DNA of 42,277 nucleotides. Source: a virus. Lineage: Duplodnaviria; Caudoviricetes. A program made the position numbers and the translations under genes. The notes under the pieces were generated by a model that had not been told where the DNA came from, did not search any database, and saw nothing but the letters and a program-made list of their open reading frames with translations. Location of the stretch: positions 1 to 42,277 of the IMG/VR virus record IMGVR_UViG_3300020045_015493, one strand, 5' to 3'. Each line of letters opens with the position of its first letter. The first letter of the stretch is position 1. Positions 8,501 through 17,096 of this stretch are shown here, piece by piece.

Positions 8501-9994
8501 ATGTGGAAAAAAATATTGTGGTGGATTAAAAATCGACCTGATAAACCATTATCCTATTCATTAACGGTTGCGGCCGTTGTTGCGGAAAAAGCCAACCCTG
8601 AAGATTTTTGCAGAGAATTTTTATTCAAAGGTCGTGATAATTTTATTTCTGATTGCCAAAATAAAAATCAAATTTTTGATAGCGATGACAAGGTTAAAAC
8701 TGAATTTAAAAATGAAACAGGTGTCAGCATTGATGAGCTAATTGACAGCGAAATTTTGATGGAGATAATTTTAATGGACAACGTGAATGATTTTATCTCA
8801 TCGAAAACATTTGATTCACAGGAAGAAATAAAACATTTATGCAACCGGATTTATTATGATTTTTTAAATGAAAAATGTTTTCTGAATCCATTGAAAAACA
8901 TTGGAAACATTTACGGCCAGCGCGGTATTGCCTTTGTAACTCAAATGCAAAATCTCGGTAGAGGGGTTGATAACCGGGACAGGTGGGCGGAAGGTACGGC
9001 TAATCAATTTTGGTTTGGAAATAATGCGATCAGTTGCATTACTAAAAAAATGAATGAACTTTTAATTGTTGACCAAACGGATGAGTTATACCGGGATTCT
9101 GTTTTAAAACTAATTGATGCTTTTGGATTTTCTATGTTGCAAATCGAAATGTTAAAATATTTTGTTTGCCAATCCCGGGATGGAGATTGTCCATCTCACA
9201 GAAATAAAGGCCTGTTTTTTTGGGGTGAAACAAAAGGCGTTGGAAAAACTACAATTGCTTCAACAATTGTGTCAATACTGAATGGCGAAAAAGACATTAA
9301 TAATATTAGAAAGTATAAAAGTTCTTTGGCTCAAGAACTTCAATACGTTCAGCATATTGCTCCGTTAATTTGTAGCGCAAGGGCTGTTTTATTGGATGAA
9401 GCTATTCCTCATGACAGTTCTAAAAGTTACGGGAATTTAAAAGATAGAATGACATCCGACGGGGCAAAAGTTAGGTTTGTTTTTAAAAATCAAATTGATG
9501 TTAAGGCTAAACCTAACTATGTTTTTATTTCTAATGACCCTTTAGAGTATTTTATTCAGGATAAATCTGAACGTCGATTTTTTGAATTTCGCATTGAGGA
9601 AAAACGAAAAAAATTGAGTTATGATGAAATTTATAATCTGTTCCTTAAATTTATTCAACAGTGCAAACGTGAAAAAGACTGGCTTGAATGGTCGGATTTT
9701 ATGGCAACAGATACAGAAGTAAAAGGTATTGAAAGCCGCAATATTGAAGATGTACGGTCATTTTTTGAAATGGAAGGGTTTTTTTATGTAATTGATAAAG
9801 GTTCTGATAAAGTAAGTATCGGTACTTTTTACAAATGGGTGCATGACATTGATAAGTCAGCATCAAAAAAGACTATCAGGGAATGTATTGAATCAATGTT
9901 CGGTGATCCTATAAGGCCGTCCACTTGGAAAAAATCAGATATTATTTCGGTTTTGTCAGGGGAAGAAAATAAAGAAAAAGAAATACCATTTTAA
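8501..9994 (+). CDS. SF3/VirE-D5-like P-loop replicative helicase
   Basis: Walker A GETKGVGKTT, Walker B VLLDE, motif C FISN, arginine finger SERRF. Confidence 0.8.
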   Translation: MWKKILWWIKNRPDKPLSYSLTVAAVVAEKANPEDFCREFLFKGRDNFISDCQNKNQIFDSDDKVKTEFKNETGVSIDELIDSEILMEIILMDNVNDFISSKTFDSQEEIKHLCNRIYYDFLNEKCFLNPLKNIGNIYGQRGIAFVTQMQNLGRGVDNRDRWAEGTANQFWFGNNAISCITKKMNELLIVDQTDELYRDSVLKLIDAFGFSMLQIEMLKYFVCQSRDGDCPSHRNKGLFFWGETKGVGKTTIASTIVSILNGEKDINNIRKYKSSLAQELQYVQHIAPLICSARAVLLDEAIPHDSSKSYGNLKDRMTSDGAKVRFVFKNQIDVKAKPNYVFISNDPLEYFIQDKSERRFFEFRIEEKRKKLSYDEIYNLFLKFIQQCKREKDWLEWSDFMATDTEVKGIESRNIEDVRSFFEMEGFFYVIDKGSDKVSIGTFYKWVHDIDKSASKKTIRECIESMFGDPIRPSTWKKSDIISVLSGEENKEKEIPF

Positions 9995-9995
9995 T

Positions 9996-10346
9996 ATGAA
10001 AAAACAAATTGAAAGTTATTCAGAAATTATAAGTGAGTTTCAAATCCGCGAGTTTGATTTAATAATAGAGAACTTAAAGTTAAAGGAAAATTTTGAAAAT
10101 ATGATTAAAGAAATAGAATTGATTCCAATTGCTCAGGATTTTTGTGATTTTAATCTTTTTTCAATTATTTGCATTCCTTCTACTTTAAGTATCGAAACGA
10201 TTGAATTTATGGTTAAAAACAAATCAGAAATTAAACGAAAATTTACGCTCAAGGAAATATTCGCGTTGGATTTCAATGTCCGGGATTTAAAACCAGAAAA
10301 TTTTAAGTCCTTAAAAAACAAATTAAATGAATTAAAAGAAATATGA
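9996..10346 (+). CDS. Hypothetical protein (paralogue of 10343-10711)
   Basis: Shared C-terminal ET.EF..KNKSE.KRK.TLKE..ALDFN.R.L.P.NF..LK.KL. Confidence 0.75.
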   Translation: MKKQIESYSEIISEFQIREFDLIIENLKLKENFENMIKEIELIPIAQDFCDFNLFSIICIPSTLSIETIEFMVKNKSEIKRKFTLKEIFALDFNVRDLKPENFKSLKNKLNELKEI

Positions 10347-10711
10347 ATAGTTCAATTTTTTTAGAGTCTGAATTGATTAATTTTTTTAACCTTAAATATG
10401 CAGAATCTTTTTTTGAATTTTTTAACATGATAAATGAATATGAGAGGTTGACATATATTGCTAATATTATGAATGAAGCCCAATACTATTGTTCTTTTAA
10501 TATTTTTTTGGCATTAAATTATTCACAATATATAAAAATAAGATTTGAAACGTTTGAATTTATCGCAAAAAATAAATCAGAATTAAAACGCAAATTGACT
10601 TTAAAAGAAGTTGCTGCCCTTGACTTCAATATCCGCTATTTACAACCAACAAACTTTAATGATTTAAAACTAAAATTAAAAAATGAAAAATCAATTCATT
10701 CCACGCCTTGA
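10343..10711 (+). CDS. Hypothetical protein (paralogue of 9996-10346)
   Basis: Same shared C-terminus; ATGA overlap with the upstream gene. Confidence 0.75.
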   Translation: MNSSIFLESELINFFNLKYAESFFEFFNMINEYERLTYIANIMNEAQYYCSFNIFLALNYSQYIKIRFETFEFIAKNKSELKRKLTLKEVAALDFNIRYLQPTNFNDLKLKLKNEKSIHSTP

Positions 10712-10913
10712 CCGATTCGATATTTATAATAATTTGCCAACCGGGGCTTATTCAAAAATCGCAGCAAAATTAAATATTTCTATTACTCAGGTATCTTATG
10801 TTTTGTCTGGAAAAAGAAAAGACAACTATGGAATTATCAAAGAAGCCGAATTAATGGCCGCAATAAACATCTGGAAATCCAGATTTTGTAAATTGGCTAA
10901 ATCACAACTTTAA
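10683..10913 (+). CDS. HTH DNA-binding protein
   Basis: YSKIAAKLNISITQVSYVLSGKR helix-turn-helix pattern. Confidence 0.7.
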   Translation: MKNQFIPRLDRFDIYNNLPTGAYSKIAAKLNISITQVSYVLSGKRKDNYGIIKEAELMAAINIWKSRFCKLAKSQL

Positions 10914-10930
10914 CCAATAACAAGTGCTAT

Positions 10931-10961
10931 AAAAAAACCGGAGAATTTCTCCCCCGGCTTC
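10931..10961 (-). terminator. Terminator-like hairpin between the convergent operons
   Basis: A7-CCGG...CCGG, giving a U-tract on the minus strand. Confidence 0.5.
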
Positions 10962-10997
10962 TAAACAAAACTATGAAAAAACAAACTCGTTATGGAG

Positions 10998-11264
10998 TTA
11001 TACTTTTTCGGTGTATCCAAGTCCTGCAAAAATTGCATCTACCACCTGATAAAGAAAGGCAATATACTCCTCTGCTTTATCTTCGCCAAGTTTTTTAATG
11101 ACAGCTTCTTTTGCTTCTTGTAATCCTTTGTTATCGGCAATATTAATAGCCAATCCATCAACTGCTTCCATGATTCCTTTGTTAACCCAAAGTTCATCTG
11201 CAAATTTTTCCTGCCCAGGAGTTAAAACTCCTTTTCGTGGGTCAATCCATGTTACTTCTCCCAT
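10998..11264 (-). CDS. Hypothetical protein
   Basis: 88-aa ORF at the end of the late operon. Confidence 0.7.
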   Translation of the reverse strand: MGEVTWIDPRKGVLTPGQEKFADELWVNKGIMEAVDGLAINIADNKGLQEAKEAVIKKLGEDKAEEYIAFLYQVVDAIFAGLGYTEKV

Positions 11265-11363
11265 AACTTTTGTCTCCTCTTTTTTAAAAACATTAATAAT
11301 TTATTGATATTTAATTTTACAACTGGAAATTTAATTGCTTTGCTCCAGTATGCTTTTTCTATG

Positions 11364-11651
11364 CTATTTTTTGAACAAATCGGTTGCTGCTCCGCCAATG
11401 GCTTTTGCTGCATTCCCGATTGTCTGGTTTTTATTTTCATTCTTTACAATTTTATGGACTGCCCCAGTACCAAAAAGAACCCCAAAAATAATCAATAATC
11501 CATTGTAAACATCAGCACCCATTAAATCAGGTTTTATACCGTTTACAATCATTGTTGCCCCGGTGACTAACCCACCTATTTCAGTTTTTTTCCCATCCAT
11601 AAACTGCCAGGCTGATTTAAGCCCTTTCTTTATTTTATCCAAAATTTTCAT
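11364..11651 (-). CDS. Putative holin
   Basis: Two hydrophobic segments, basic termini, adjacent to the candidate endolysin. Confidence 0.55.
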   Translation of the reverse strand: MKILDKIKKGLKSAWQFMDGKKTEIGGLVTGATMIVNGIKPDLMGADVYNGLLIIFGVLFGTGAVHKIVKNENKNQTIGNAAKAIGGAATDLFKK

Positions 11652-12055
11652 ACTCCAATTATTGTTAATTCAAACCTATCAGGAACAATAGCCATAATAT
11701 TTAACATTATCATTGCAGATGAAACAACATCTTTTAATCCATCGTTATCAATGTCAACAAAGGATTTTCCGGGCAAAATACACCCGTGAGTATCTTCGTT
11801 AAAATTTCCAACGTGAAATAAAATTTCATCCCTATTAGGTACTCCAAAGACTTTCAGGCATTTCCCGAATTTTGGGCTATAATGTTTTTTAACTTCATAT
11901 TTCCCAATAGGAATGCAAGATTTTTGCCGTTCATTATTTTCCCAGCCCAATTCAAGGGTAAAACAGTCAAAAGCTTTTTGGTCGCCTTCGTAAAAATTAC
12001 AATGTCCCCTTGTTTGAATGCCTTCGTCAATTAATCGTGTTAATATTGCCTTCAT
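11648..12055 (-). CDS. DUF5675-family protein, candidate endolysin
   Basis: TLE..W..N....SCIP.G.Y and R..IL.H.GN...DT.GCIL.G motifs; lysis-module position. Confidence 0.8.
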   Translation of the reverse strand: MKAILTRLIDEGIQTRGHCNFYEGDQKAFDCFTLELGWENNERQKSCIPIGKYEVKKHYSPKFGKCLKVFGVPNRDEILFHVGNFNEDTHGCILPGKSFVDIDNDGLKDVVSSAMIMLNIMAIVPDRFELTIIGV

Positions 12056-12156
12056 TACCCAAATATTAAAATTAATACAATTGCCAACGGAATGATTAAA
12101 ATCATCATTAACGCTGCTGCAACGCCTATTGTCTTACCTGCTAAATCGTCTTTCAT
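12055..12156 (-). CDS. 33-aa single-pass membrane peptide
   Basis: MKDDLAGKTIGVAAALMMILIIPLAIVLILIFG; exactly fills the gap between neighbours; below the ORF-track cutoff. Confidence 0.6.
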   Translation of the reverse strand: MKDDLAGKTIGVAAALMMILIIPLAIVLILIFG

Positions 12157-12157
12157 T

Positions 12158-12496
12158 TCATCTTATATTTGTTTTTATTTTTTCAGCCATTGGCAAAGTG
12201 CGGATTATTTCCATTATCTCCTTCTGCCCTTCCATTATTTCTTTATGATCTTCCCGGTTTTCTTTCCTGAACGTTTCAAACCTTGCATCCTGTTCTTTGT
12301 TTATTTCAAGCATTTCCTTATACTTTGCATCAACATACGGGTATGTTGCTTTTTCTATTTTTAAAGCCTCAATATCCTTTACAATGTTTGTTTTTTTTGT
12401 ATCTGAATTTGCAACCCAGAAAGCAACTAATACAACCAAAATAGAAGTCAATAGGTTTACTATCATTTTTTTATAGTTTTCGCTTATCCATTTCAT
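12158..12496 (-). CDS. Membrane-anchored coiled-coil protein (lysis module)
   Basis: N-terminal TM helix followed by a charged coiled coil. Confidence 0.65.
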   Translation of the reverse strand: MKWISENYKKMIVNLLTSILVVLVAFWVANSDTKKTNIVKDIEALKIEKATYPYVDAKYKEMLEINKEQDARFETFRKENREDHKEIMEGQKEIMEIIRTLPMAEKIKTNIR

Positions 12497-12830
12497 AACG
12501 TGAATAAAATAAGAAGATTAATACTGTGAAAATAATAATGCCTCCAATTTCATAACTCCTATTGATCTTATTAAAAGTTTCCATATCGAAAAATGAATAA
12601 AAACTTAATAATAAATCGAGCATGGTAATCCCAATGATTATCTTGAAAATAATCCTCGAAATAGAATCTCTTATGAATTTCAGCAACAATGTGAATGAAA
12701 ATAATAGGGTTAAGTCTATTATTGTAAAATAATAACTTCTCCAAAAGTCCATATCAGGGTCTGCAAATAGCTTATAAACAGCTATTAAAACTATTAATAA
12801 CAACCCCGATATGTTTCTTTGATTAATCAT
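12471..12830 (-). CDS. Multi-pass membrane protein
   Basis: About four hydrophobic segments in 119 aa. Confidence 0.65.
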   Translation of the reverse strand: MINQRNISGLLLIVLIAVYKLFADPDMDFWRSYYFTIIDLTLLFSFTLLLKFIRDSISRIIFKIIIGITMLDLLLSFYSFFDMETFNKINRSYEIGGIIIFTVLIFLFYSRYEMDKRKL

Positions 12831-12913
12831 TTCTTACCTTTTTTAGTCTTTTTGACTGGGGCTTTTAACCCTTCATCGCCTTCTCCGGGCGGTTTTGTTG
12901 GATGTGTAGGCAT
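12827..12913 (-). CDS. 28-aa basic, Pro-rich peptide
   Basis: MPTHPTKPPGEGDEGLKAPVKKTKKGKK; ATGA-coupled to 12471-12830. Confidence 0.5.
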   Translation of the reverse strand: MPTHPTKPPGEGDEGLKAPVKKTKKGKK

Positions 12914-12967
12914 AATTTCTAATTTTTAAATTAATACTAAAATACAAAATTTTTATTTCTTTTTGTA

Positions 12968-13159
12968 TCATTTCAAAAATTTTAAAATATCTTCTTTTTT
13001 AATTATAAACCTGCACTTATCATCTTCAATAGATAAATTTTCGTCAAATTTATTAAACCCATTAAACAGGTTTTTGGCAATAACTTTAACTACCTCATTC
13101 CAAATTTTTAATTTTAACTTGCCCATTATTTTAATATATTTAGATAATAAAAAAGACAT
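12968..13159 (-). CDS. Hypothetical protein
   Basis: 63-aa ORF. Confidence 0.45.
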   Translation of the reverse strand: MSFLLSKYIKIMGKLKLKIWNEVVKVIAKNLFNGFNKFDENLSIEDDKCRFIIKKEDILKFLK

Positions 13160-13226
13160 TCAAAAAAACCAGATATTATCTTCCATAGTAATTCTACCCC
13201 CACAATAATATATCCTAAATATTCTT

Positions 13227-14420
13227 TCATCTCCCATTTACTGTTGAAATATTGTTAATATTTAACCCGTTAATCCCACCTATATTGGTTGAATTTAGCC
13301 CGTTCATATCGTTTGCCCAACCCGTAGATGGCGTTGTATATGTTATTACAAGTTTAGGGTCTGAAGCTGTGCCGGATGTTTCTGCGGTATTGAAACCCAC
13401 ATAAGCATTCATTCCATATTGCCAACTTGGCGGTGAATTATTGACATCAATATTAGACTTTACGGCAAATTTACTTACCCCTGTTTTGGAGATATTAGAT
13501 ATGCCAGAAGAATTTAATGTAAAATCTTTATATCCTGAACTCCCCCATGTTGTAGTTGATATATTTGAAGAAAATGCAGTTGTGTATGTATTATAAACAA
13601 ACCTATTGCCACCTATTGATGTATTGGAAAATGTTATACCCTGATAAATATTTACTTCAAAACCCATTGATAATTCGTCTCCTGAAGCCCCCACCCCAGA
13701 ATAAAGGGATAATATGGCAGAACTTATTTCGGCATTGTCGGGCAAATTTTCTGTATAAAAAGTTACTATTCCCCTGGTTATTTCTTCCCAATTAGGGTCT
13801 TCTTCAGAAGCCTGTACTTTTACACTTACAGTTGTTTCATTGTCAGATGCACCTAAATTATAACTTCCATAATAAAGGTCAGCCCACGGCACACCGGGAG
13901 AACTTGCTCTGGAATTACAATGTCCATCCACAGAGTTAATTTCTGGATCAGAGTCGGGATAATAGGTATCTGTTGTATGCCCAATTTTCCTTTTGATTAT
14001 TTTATCTCCACCTTTGGATGTTAGTTTTATAGCATTTAATAAATCAGATTTCAACGACCAAGTAGGGTCATCTTTAAAAACTACCGTATCCTTTTTTAAG
14101 TGTTGAATTTTTTTAGACTCAATAGTATCCGGCATGGATGTTTCAATGCCAAAGAACCTAAACCTTTCAATCTCTACGGTTGAATCAGCACCAAAACCCA
14201 CGGGCTTTTTATCCTTCCACGCTTTTGCATAAACTTCTATACCACCCTCAATTGTATCAACTGAAATTATTTCAATCTCAAAACCTTTGTCTTTAAATTT
14301 CCCTTTTGGCTTTGCTTCTTTGATTTTTTTAGCATAATCATTTGCGGTCAAAACTCTTAAAGGTTGTGCAACCCCCCAAAAGCAGGTAAACAATAGTAAT
14401 ATCGTAAGTATTTTTTTCAT
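13227..14420 (-). CDS. Signal-peptide protein with a DNRLRE-like beta-sandwich domain (putative adhesin or virion accessory)
   Basis: MKKILTILLLFTCFWGVA|Q; RGIVTF...LPDNAEISSAILSLY...PKLVITY pattern. Confidence 0.65.
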   Translation of the reverse strand: MKKILTILLLFTCFWGVAQPLRVLTANDYAKKIKEAKPKGKFKDKGFEIEIISVDTIEGGIEVYAKAWKDKKPVGFGADSTVEIERFRFFGIETSMPDTIESKKIQHLKKDTVVFKDDPTWSLKSDLLNAIKLTSKGGDKIIKRKIGHTTDTYYPDSDPEINSVDGHCNSRASSPGVPWADLYYGSYNLGASDNETTVSVKVQASEEDPNWEEITRGIVTFYTENLPDNAEISSAILSLYSGVGASGDELSMGFEVNIYQGITFSNTSIGGNRFVYNTYTTAFSSNISTTTWGSSGYKDFTLNSSGISNISKTGVSKFAVKSNIDVNNSPPSWQYGMNAYVGFNTAETSGTASDPKLVITYTTPSTGWANDMNGLNSTNIGGINGLNINNISTVNGR

Positions 14421-14421
14421 G

Positions 14422-16236
14422 CTATTTTAATTTAATAACAACATTGTCAGGGTTAAAAAAGAACTGGGTAGAATTTTTTGAATAACCCAAAATACGCATC
14501 CAGTTATTTACAGTCGAGGGTTTAGTAGTTGTTTTTGCCCCGGCGGTCGTATCCAAATACCATGTTTGTGCCCTTGTTAATCCCGAAGTAGTAATAACCC
14601 CACGGGTAATAAACTTTTTCCCCGTGTTCCCTTGCACGGCGGATTCGAGGGCAACTGCTATCAACCCGTAAACCCGGAGGCTGTCGGTCTGTTTCGCCAA
14701 CTTCATTCCACTTGCAGTCAATATGCAAATCTGCCCTGCTTCAATAGTGGTATCACAGGCGAATGTGTCAATACTTAAATTCAATAAATCTTGTTTGGTA
14801 GATAAAAAAGTCAATGTGTCGGACGATTGCCAATATGAAGCCGAATCATGTTTAAATTGGTCAACAGCATTTGCCATTGATACTGTGAACGCTCGTGTTG
14901 TGGCATTTAAAGTGTCACGGTTTGAATGGTATATTCCGGTTGTATCCTTACCTGTATTTGATGAAATTGCACTTGCAATTGTAGTTGTAAAACTGGCTGT
15001 CGTTGCATCCAGTATTGACCTATTTGAATGGAATATGCCAGTAGTGTCTTTCCCGGTATTAGCAATAACGGCATTATCTTTTGCCGTTGTAAAACTTGCA
15101 GTAGTTGCATCCAAAATAGCCCTGTTGCTGTGAAATAGCCCGACAGTATCCCCGGCTGCAATTGATCCACTTTGGTCTGAAAAAGTTATTGAATTACCAC
15201 CTAAAATTGTTATCTTAAAATCCCTTTCTGCTGTTGAATCAATAGAAAGGGTTTGATTATCTGCCCCCCCTGCTGGTAGTTTTACATAGTTCCCGTTAAC
15301 TAAAAATATAGTATCATTTGATATGCTTAAATCCTGTGTATCCGTATTATCTAAATAACCAGAAAGGTCAACCGTTGTGCCATCTCCTGATAAAGAAAGC
15401 GTATTTACACTTAATGATAAATCCTGTATTTCATTTGTTGGGTCAAAATCGGCATCATTTGGGGACGTGATAAAGCCTAAGTCATTGTTTAAATCCGAAA
15501 CAGCCAAAGGGATTTCACCGCGAATATTAATTTTTGCCGTATCGTTTTGAAAATGGTTGACGTAAATAGAGGAATCACTGATATTCAATTTATCGCTTAT
15601 CAAAGCCCTTATAGGATTCAATGAATCAGGCAATTCAGAAGTTTGCAAATAAGGTGATAAAGCGTTATACAATTCATTTGTATAAATGATCGAATCAGGC
15701 AGGGTCGTAACTGAATTTTCCTGCACAAAAGCTAATAATCCATTAACCTGATCAGTAGTTAAACGAAACAAGGTTGAATCAAACCGGGTCAAAAGTATTT
15801 CAGAGATAGAATCAGTAAAGGCATTTATCGGCAAATATAAGTAATGCAAAGCCGTGTCCCCGGTGTTTGTTCCACTCACCAAATCCAAAAATGTACGGTT
15901 TGAATGCCACACACCAGTTGTATCTTTGCCAGTATTGGCAATAATCGCATTTAATATATCAATTGTAAACGCCCTGTTTATTGAATCCAGAATAACCCTG
16001 TTTGAATGTGTAATCAAATAAAATCCTGTTGTGTCAATTGGCGTTTCTACCAATGAAATAAAACTGGTATCAGAGACAAACCCGTTATCCCATATAACAG
16101 CTATTTTAACCCCTGACCCGGTTGATTTTGTCAAATATAAATTGTCGATTGCAGCCTTTGATTGGTCACCACCGTTTATCTGGCTAAACCCCTGAATTGA
16201 GGCAAAAATAAAAACTAAAATTATTAACTTTTTCAT
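14422..16236 (-). CDS. Signal-peptide, repeat-rich fibre-like protein
   Basis: Probable start 16236, MKKLIILVFIFASIQGFS|Q; five DT.G..HSNR..L repeats; DFDPTNEIQDLS motif. Confidence 0.7.
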   Translation of the reverse strand: MKKLIILVFIFASIQGFSQINGGDQSKAAIDNLYLTKSTGSGVKIAVIWDNGFVSDTSFISLVETPIDTTGFYLITHSNRVILDSINRAFTIDILNAIIANTGKDTTGVWHSNRTFLDLVSGTNTGDTALHYLYLPINAFTDSISEILLTRFDSTLFRLTTDQVNGLLAFVQENSVTTLPDSIIYTNELYNALSPYLQTSELPDSLNPIRALISDKLNISDSSIYVNHFQNDTAKINIRGEIPLAVSDLNNDLGFITSPNDADFDPTNEIQDLSLSVNTLSLSGDGTTVDLSGYLDNTDTQDLSISNDTIFLVNGNYVKLPAGGADNQTLSIDSTAERDFKITILGGNSITFSDQSGSIAAGDTVGLFHSNRAILDATTASFTTAKDNAVIANTGKDTTGIFHSNRSILDATTASFTTTIASAISSNTGKDTTGIYHSNRDTLNATTRAFTVSMANAVDQFKHDSASYWQSSDTLTFLSTKQDLLNLSIDTFACDTTIEAGQICILTASGMKLAKQTDSLRVYGLIAVALESAVQGNTGKKFITRGVITTSGLTRAQTWYLDTTAGAKTTTKPSTVNNWMRILGYSKNSTQFFFNPDNVVIKLK

Positions 16237-17096
16237 CTTAATATTGAATATTGGTAAATACTTGAATGTTGGTATCCGGGAATCCACATCTTATTCCAAT
16301 CAGTTTTAAAATGGATTGAAACTGCACTTGTATCCTGTTCTATCGCAAATGACGAATAAGCAGACCCTGAATAATATGCCCCTGAAATATTATAAGGAGT
16401 TGGGCAATTATAAATGTATTCTTTATCGGTAGCTGTCCCTATAATATGTAATTCTGTCCCGTTAAGGCAATAAGCTAAACCAACAGGGTGTGTATCTTGA
16501 TTCCCTACATACAAAGAAATATAATCATAACTCCCATTTAATAAATTCCATCCAGTCGGCAATGTATATTGGAATATGCTATCCGTGGCATTATCAAGAA
16601 TTAACACCTTTGTTCCTGTTAAATTAGTTTCAATCCCTAAAGGAATAGTGGCTTGGCTTCCAATGCTTAAAGATGTTATATAACTCATATTGCCTATATC
16701 AACAGGCGTTGAATTTGAATAGGAATAAATTTTATCATTTCCCATTCCGACTGAAAAAAGGGTGTCTGCATCAGAAGTTAGTTTAAACGCCGTATTTTGA
16801 GCATCTTTTACTCCTAATGAAAATCGTTTATTACTATATGTTGTCACCGTATTCCCAGTTATCCACGGAATAGAGTTAGTATATTGATATACATATTGGT
16901 CAGACCAATTTAAAACATATAATTTACTCCCATCGTCCCGTTTAAAATCAGCATAATAAGGATAAACCATTTGTCCTGATACCGAAAAAGCTGAATCAAA
17001 GGTTATGCTGTAAGTTGAAAGCAATAGCCAATCTAAATTTTGAGCTTTTCCAATAAACCCAAATATTAATAAAAGTATCAATGTTTTAATTTTCAT
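16233..17096 (-). CDS. Signal-peptide protein, beta-propeller-like
   Basis: Probable start 17096, MKIKTLILLLIFGFIGKA|Q; repeated ~48-aa blades containing YQY/YSY/FQY. Confidence 0.65.
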   Translation of the reverse strand: MKIKTLILLLIFGFIGKAQNLDWLLLSTYSITFDSAFSVSGQMVYPYYADFKRDDGSKLYVLNWSDQYVYQYTNSIPWITGNTVTTYSNKRFSLGVKDAQNTAFKLTSDADTLFSVGMGNDKIYSYSNSTPVDIGNMSYITSLSIGSQATIPLGIETNLTGTKVLILDNATDSIFQYTLPTGWNLLNGSYDYISLYVGNQDTHPVGLAYCLNGTELHIIGTATDKEYIYNCPTPYNISGAYYSGSAYSSFAIEQDTSAVSIHFKTDWNKMWIPGYQHSSIYQYSILR

